Part shown: positions 61,299 to 64,000 of the stretch, one piece after another
Layout of the letters: each line of letters begins with the position of its first letter
Position numbering within the stretch: the stretch's first letter is position 1
DNA from: Eledone cirrhosa
Taxonomy: Eukaryota
Assembly: GCA_964016885.1 (NCBI GenBank)
Contig: OZ024744.1
Coordinates: forward strand, 130,262,001-130,326,000
DNA: 64,000 bases
Reading direction: 5' to 3'
Program-made: the position numbers and the translations under genes
Notes under the pieces: generated by a model
What the model was told of the DNA's origin: nothing
Database searches by the model: none
The model's input: the letters and a program-made list of their open reading frames with translations, nothing else

Positions 61299-63602
61299 GT
61301 CGGGGTTAAGTTAAGTTGGCGTTAAGTTAAGTTGGTGTTAAGTTAAGTTAGGCTTAACTTAAGTTGGGGTTCAGTTAAGTTGGGGGTAAGTTAAGTTGGG
61401 GGTAAGTTAAGTTGGGGGTAAGTTAAGTTGGGGTTAAGTTAAGTTGCGGTTAAGTTGGGGTTAAGTTAAGTTAGGGTTAAGTTAAGTTGGGGTTGAGTTA
61501 AGTTGGGGTTAATTAAGTGGTGGTTATGTTAAGTTGGGGTTAAGTTAAGTTGGGGTTAATTTAAATTGGGGTTAAGTTAACTTTGTGGTTAAGTTAAGTT
61601 GGGGTTAAGTTAAGTTGGGGTAAAGTTGGGGTTGAGTTAAGTTGGGGTTGTGTGAAGTTGGGGTTAAGTTAAGTTGGGGTTAAGTTAAGTTGGGGTTAAG
61701 ATAAGTCGGGGTTAAGTTAAGTTGTGGTTGAGTTAAGTTGGGGTTAATTTAAGTTGGGGCTAAGTTAATTTGTGGTTAAGTTAAGTTGGGGTTAAGTTAA
61801 GTTGGGGTTAAGTTAAGTTGGGGTTGAGTTAAGTTGGGGTTGAGTTAATTTGGGGTTAAGTTAAGTTGGGGTTAAGTTAAGTTGGGTTTAAGTTAAGTTG
61901 GGGTTAAATTAAGTTGGGGTTAAATTAAGTTGGGGTTAAGTTAAGTTGGGGGTAAGTTAAGTTGGGGGCAAGTTAAGTTGGGGTTAATGTAAGTTGGGGT
62001 TAAATTAAGTTGGGGTTACGTTAAGTTGGTGTTAAGTTAAGTTGGGGTTAATTTAAGTTGGGGTTAATTAAGTTGGGGTTAAGTTAAGTTGGGGTTAAGT
62101 TAAGTTGGGGTTAATTTAAGTTGGGGTTGAGTTAAGTTGGGGTTAAGTTAAGTTGGGGTTATATTAAGTTGGGGTTAAGTTAAGTTGGGGTTCAGTTAAG
62201 TTGGGGTTAAGTTAAGTTGGGGTTAAGTTAAGTTGGGGCTAAGTTAAGTTGGGGCTGAGTTAAGTTGGGGCTGAGTTAAGTTGGGGCTAAGTTAAGTTGG
62301 TGTTGAGTTAAGTTGGGGTTAAGTTGGGGTTAAGTTAAGTTAGGTTTAAGTTAAGTTGGGGTTAAGTTAAGTTGGGGTTACGTTAAGTTGGGGTTAAGTT
62401 AAGTTGGGGTTAAGTTAAGTTGGGGTTAAGTTAATTTGTGGTTAAGTTAAGTTGTGGTTAAGTTAAGTTGGGGTTAAGTTAAGTTGGGCTTAAGTTAAGT
62501 CGGGGTTAAGTTAAGTTGGGGTTAAGTTAAGTTGGGGTTAATTTAAGTTGGGGTTAAGTTAAGTTGGGGTTATGTTAAGTTGGGTTTAAGTTAAGTTGGG
62601 GTTAAGTTAAGTTGAGGTTAAGTTAAGTTGGGGTTAAATTAAGTTGGGGTTAAGTTAAGTTGGGGTTAAGTTAAGTTGGGGTTAAGTTAAGTTGGGGATA
62701 AGTTAAGTTGGGGATAATTTAAGTTGGGGTTAAGTTAAGTTGGGTTTAAGTTAAGTTGGGTTTAAGTTAAGTTGGGGTTAAGTTAAGTTGGGGTTAAGTT
62801 AAGTTGGGGTTAAGTTAAGTTGGGGCTAAGTTAAGTTGGGGCTGAGTTAAGTTGGGGTTAAGTTAAATTGGGGTTAAGTTAAGTTGGGGTTAAGTTAAGT
62901 TGGGGTTAAGTTAAGTTGGGGTTTATTTAAGTTGGGGTTAAGTTAAGTTGGGGTTCAGTTAAGTTGGGGTTCAGTTAAATGGGGTTAAGTTAAGTTGGGG
63001 TTAAGATGGGGTTAAATTAAGTTGGGGTTAAGTTAAGTTGGGGTTAAGCTAAGTTGGGGTTAAGTTAAGTCGGGGTTAAGTTAAGTCGGGGTTAAGTTAA
63101 GTTAGGGTTCAGTTAAGTTGGGGTTAAGTTAAGTTGGGGTTGAGTTAAGTTGGGGTTGAGTTAAGTTGGGGTTAAGTTAAGTTGGGGTTAAGTTAAGTTG
63201 CAGTTAAGTTAAGTTGAGGTTAAGTTAAGGTGCGGTTAAGTTAAGTTGGGGTTAAGTTAAGTTGGGGCTAAGTTAAGTTGGGGCTAAGTTAAGTTGGGGC
63301 TAAGTTAAGTTGGGGTTAAGTTAAGTCGGGGTTAAGTTAACTTGGGGTTAAGTTAAGTTGGGGTTAATTTAAGTTGGGGTTAAGTTAAGTTGGGGTTAAG
63401 TTAAGTTGGGGTTAAGTTAAGTTGGGGTTGAGTTAAGTTGGGTTTAATTTAAGTTGGGGTTAAGTTAAGTTGGGGTCAAGTTAAGTTGGGGTTAAGTTAA
63501 GTTGGTTAGTTAAGTTGAGTTTAAGTTAAGTTGGGGTTAATTTATGTTGGGGTTAAGTTAAGTTGGGGTTAAGTTAAGTTGGGGTTAAGTTAAGTTGGGG
63601 TT

Positions 63603-63803
63603 AACCCCAACTTAACTTAACCCCAACTTCACTCAACCCCAACGTAACTCAACCCCAACTTAACTTAACCCCAACTTCACTCAACCCCAACTTAACTTAA
63701 CCCCAACTTCACTCAACACCAACTTAAGTCAACCCCAACTTAACTTAACCCCAACTTGACTTAACCCCAACTTAAATTAGCCCCAACTTAACTTAAGCCC
63801 AAA
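63603..63803 (-). repeat. Inverted satellite block 23 (201-bp allele)
   Basis: Counterpart of block 2 (CAACACCAAC, TAAATTAGCCCC, CCCAAAATCGGGG), offset 59823. Confidence 0.95.
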
Positions 63804-64000
63804 ATCGGGGTTAAGTTAAGTTGGCGTTATGTTCAGTCAGGCTTAACTTAAGTTGGGGTTCAGTTAAGTTGGGGGTAAGTTAAGTTGGGGTTAAGTTAAG
63901 TTGCGGTTAAGTTGGGGTTAAGTTAAGTTAGGGTTAAGTTAAGTTGGGGTTGAGTTAAGTTGGGGTTAATTAAGTGGTGGTTATGTTAAGTTGGGGTTAA

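Larger units (their letters stand above)
1..64000 (+). repeat. Satellite array of 16-bp monomer TTAAGTTAAGTTGGGG (telomere-like, G-rich + strand), running off both window ends
   Basis: The monomer repeats continuously from base 1 to 64000. Variants are substitutions (TTAATTTAAG, TTGAG, GGGGCT, GTCGGGG, TTGTGG) and 11/15/17-bp indel monomers. No unique sequence was seen. Confidence 0.99.
59760..64000 (+). repeat. Second copy of window positions 1 to ~4170 (about 59.8 kb period)
   Basis: Shared rare variants in the same order: TTAAAATAAG, GCGGGTAATTTAGTT (962/60721), TTAATGTAAG (2225/61984), AATTTATGTT, GGCGTTATGTTCAGTCAGGC (~4000/63823). Confidence 0.9.

Noticed and set aside
1364-63803. Inversions as sequencing fold-back chimeras
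   Set aside because: They recur 23 times with shared junctions and allele-specific variants, return to the original orientation, and do not mirror the variants of the adjacent arm. Read-level confirmation is still advisable.
1-64000. Protein-coding ORFs on either strand
   Set aside because: Two TAA per 16-bp monomer on both strands, cycling through all three frames; ATG is rare and no ORF of meaningful length is possible.
1-64000. CRISPR array, or a repeat-spacer system with inverted blocks as repeats
   Set aside because: There are no unique spacers; the intervening DNA is the same satellite, and no cas genes or leader are present.
1-64000. Variant monomers as an information-bearing code
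   Set aside because: The ordered variants are adequately explained by point mutation followed by segmental duplication, and nothing in the sequence indicates a readout.
1-64000. Assignment to a named satellite family or organism
   Set aside because: I do not recognise this 16-mer with confidence; a BLAST or Dfam/Repbase search is needed.

Overview
The whole 64 kb window is one non-coding satellite array. The monomer is 16 bp, TTAAG-TTAAG-TTGGGG, G-rich on the + strand, about 4,000 copies by length, with scattered point and indel variants. No CDS, RNA gene, CRISPR array or mobile element is supportable: each monomer has two TTAA (TAA on both strands), and the 16-bp period cycles these stops through all frames. 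The array is structured at several scales. (1) It contains 23 short reverse-orientation blocks of 176-217 bp. Each opens at a spacer-less palindrome centred on GGGGTT|AACCCC and closes at a shared junction (CTTAAGCCCAAAGTCGG). All appear to descend from one inversion, now in about 4 length alleles. (2) Variant monomers recur in order, giving ~1.1-3.6 kb higher-order units. (3) These sit in tandem duplications of ~3.0, ~8.1 and ~9.7 kb, a dispersed copy ~23.8 kb away, and an apparent ~59.8 kb super-period (the window start reappears at 59,760). The monomer resembles telomeric motifs, but shared variants point to maintenance by recombination rather than fresh telomerase synthesis. Organism and chromosomal position cannot be determined from the sequence. 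Coordinates were read by eye, and duplication boundaries are approximate.
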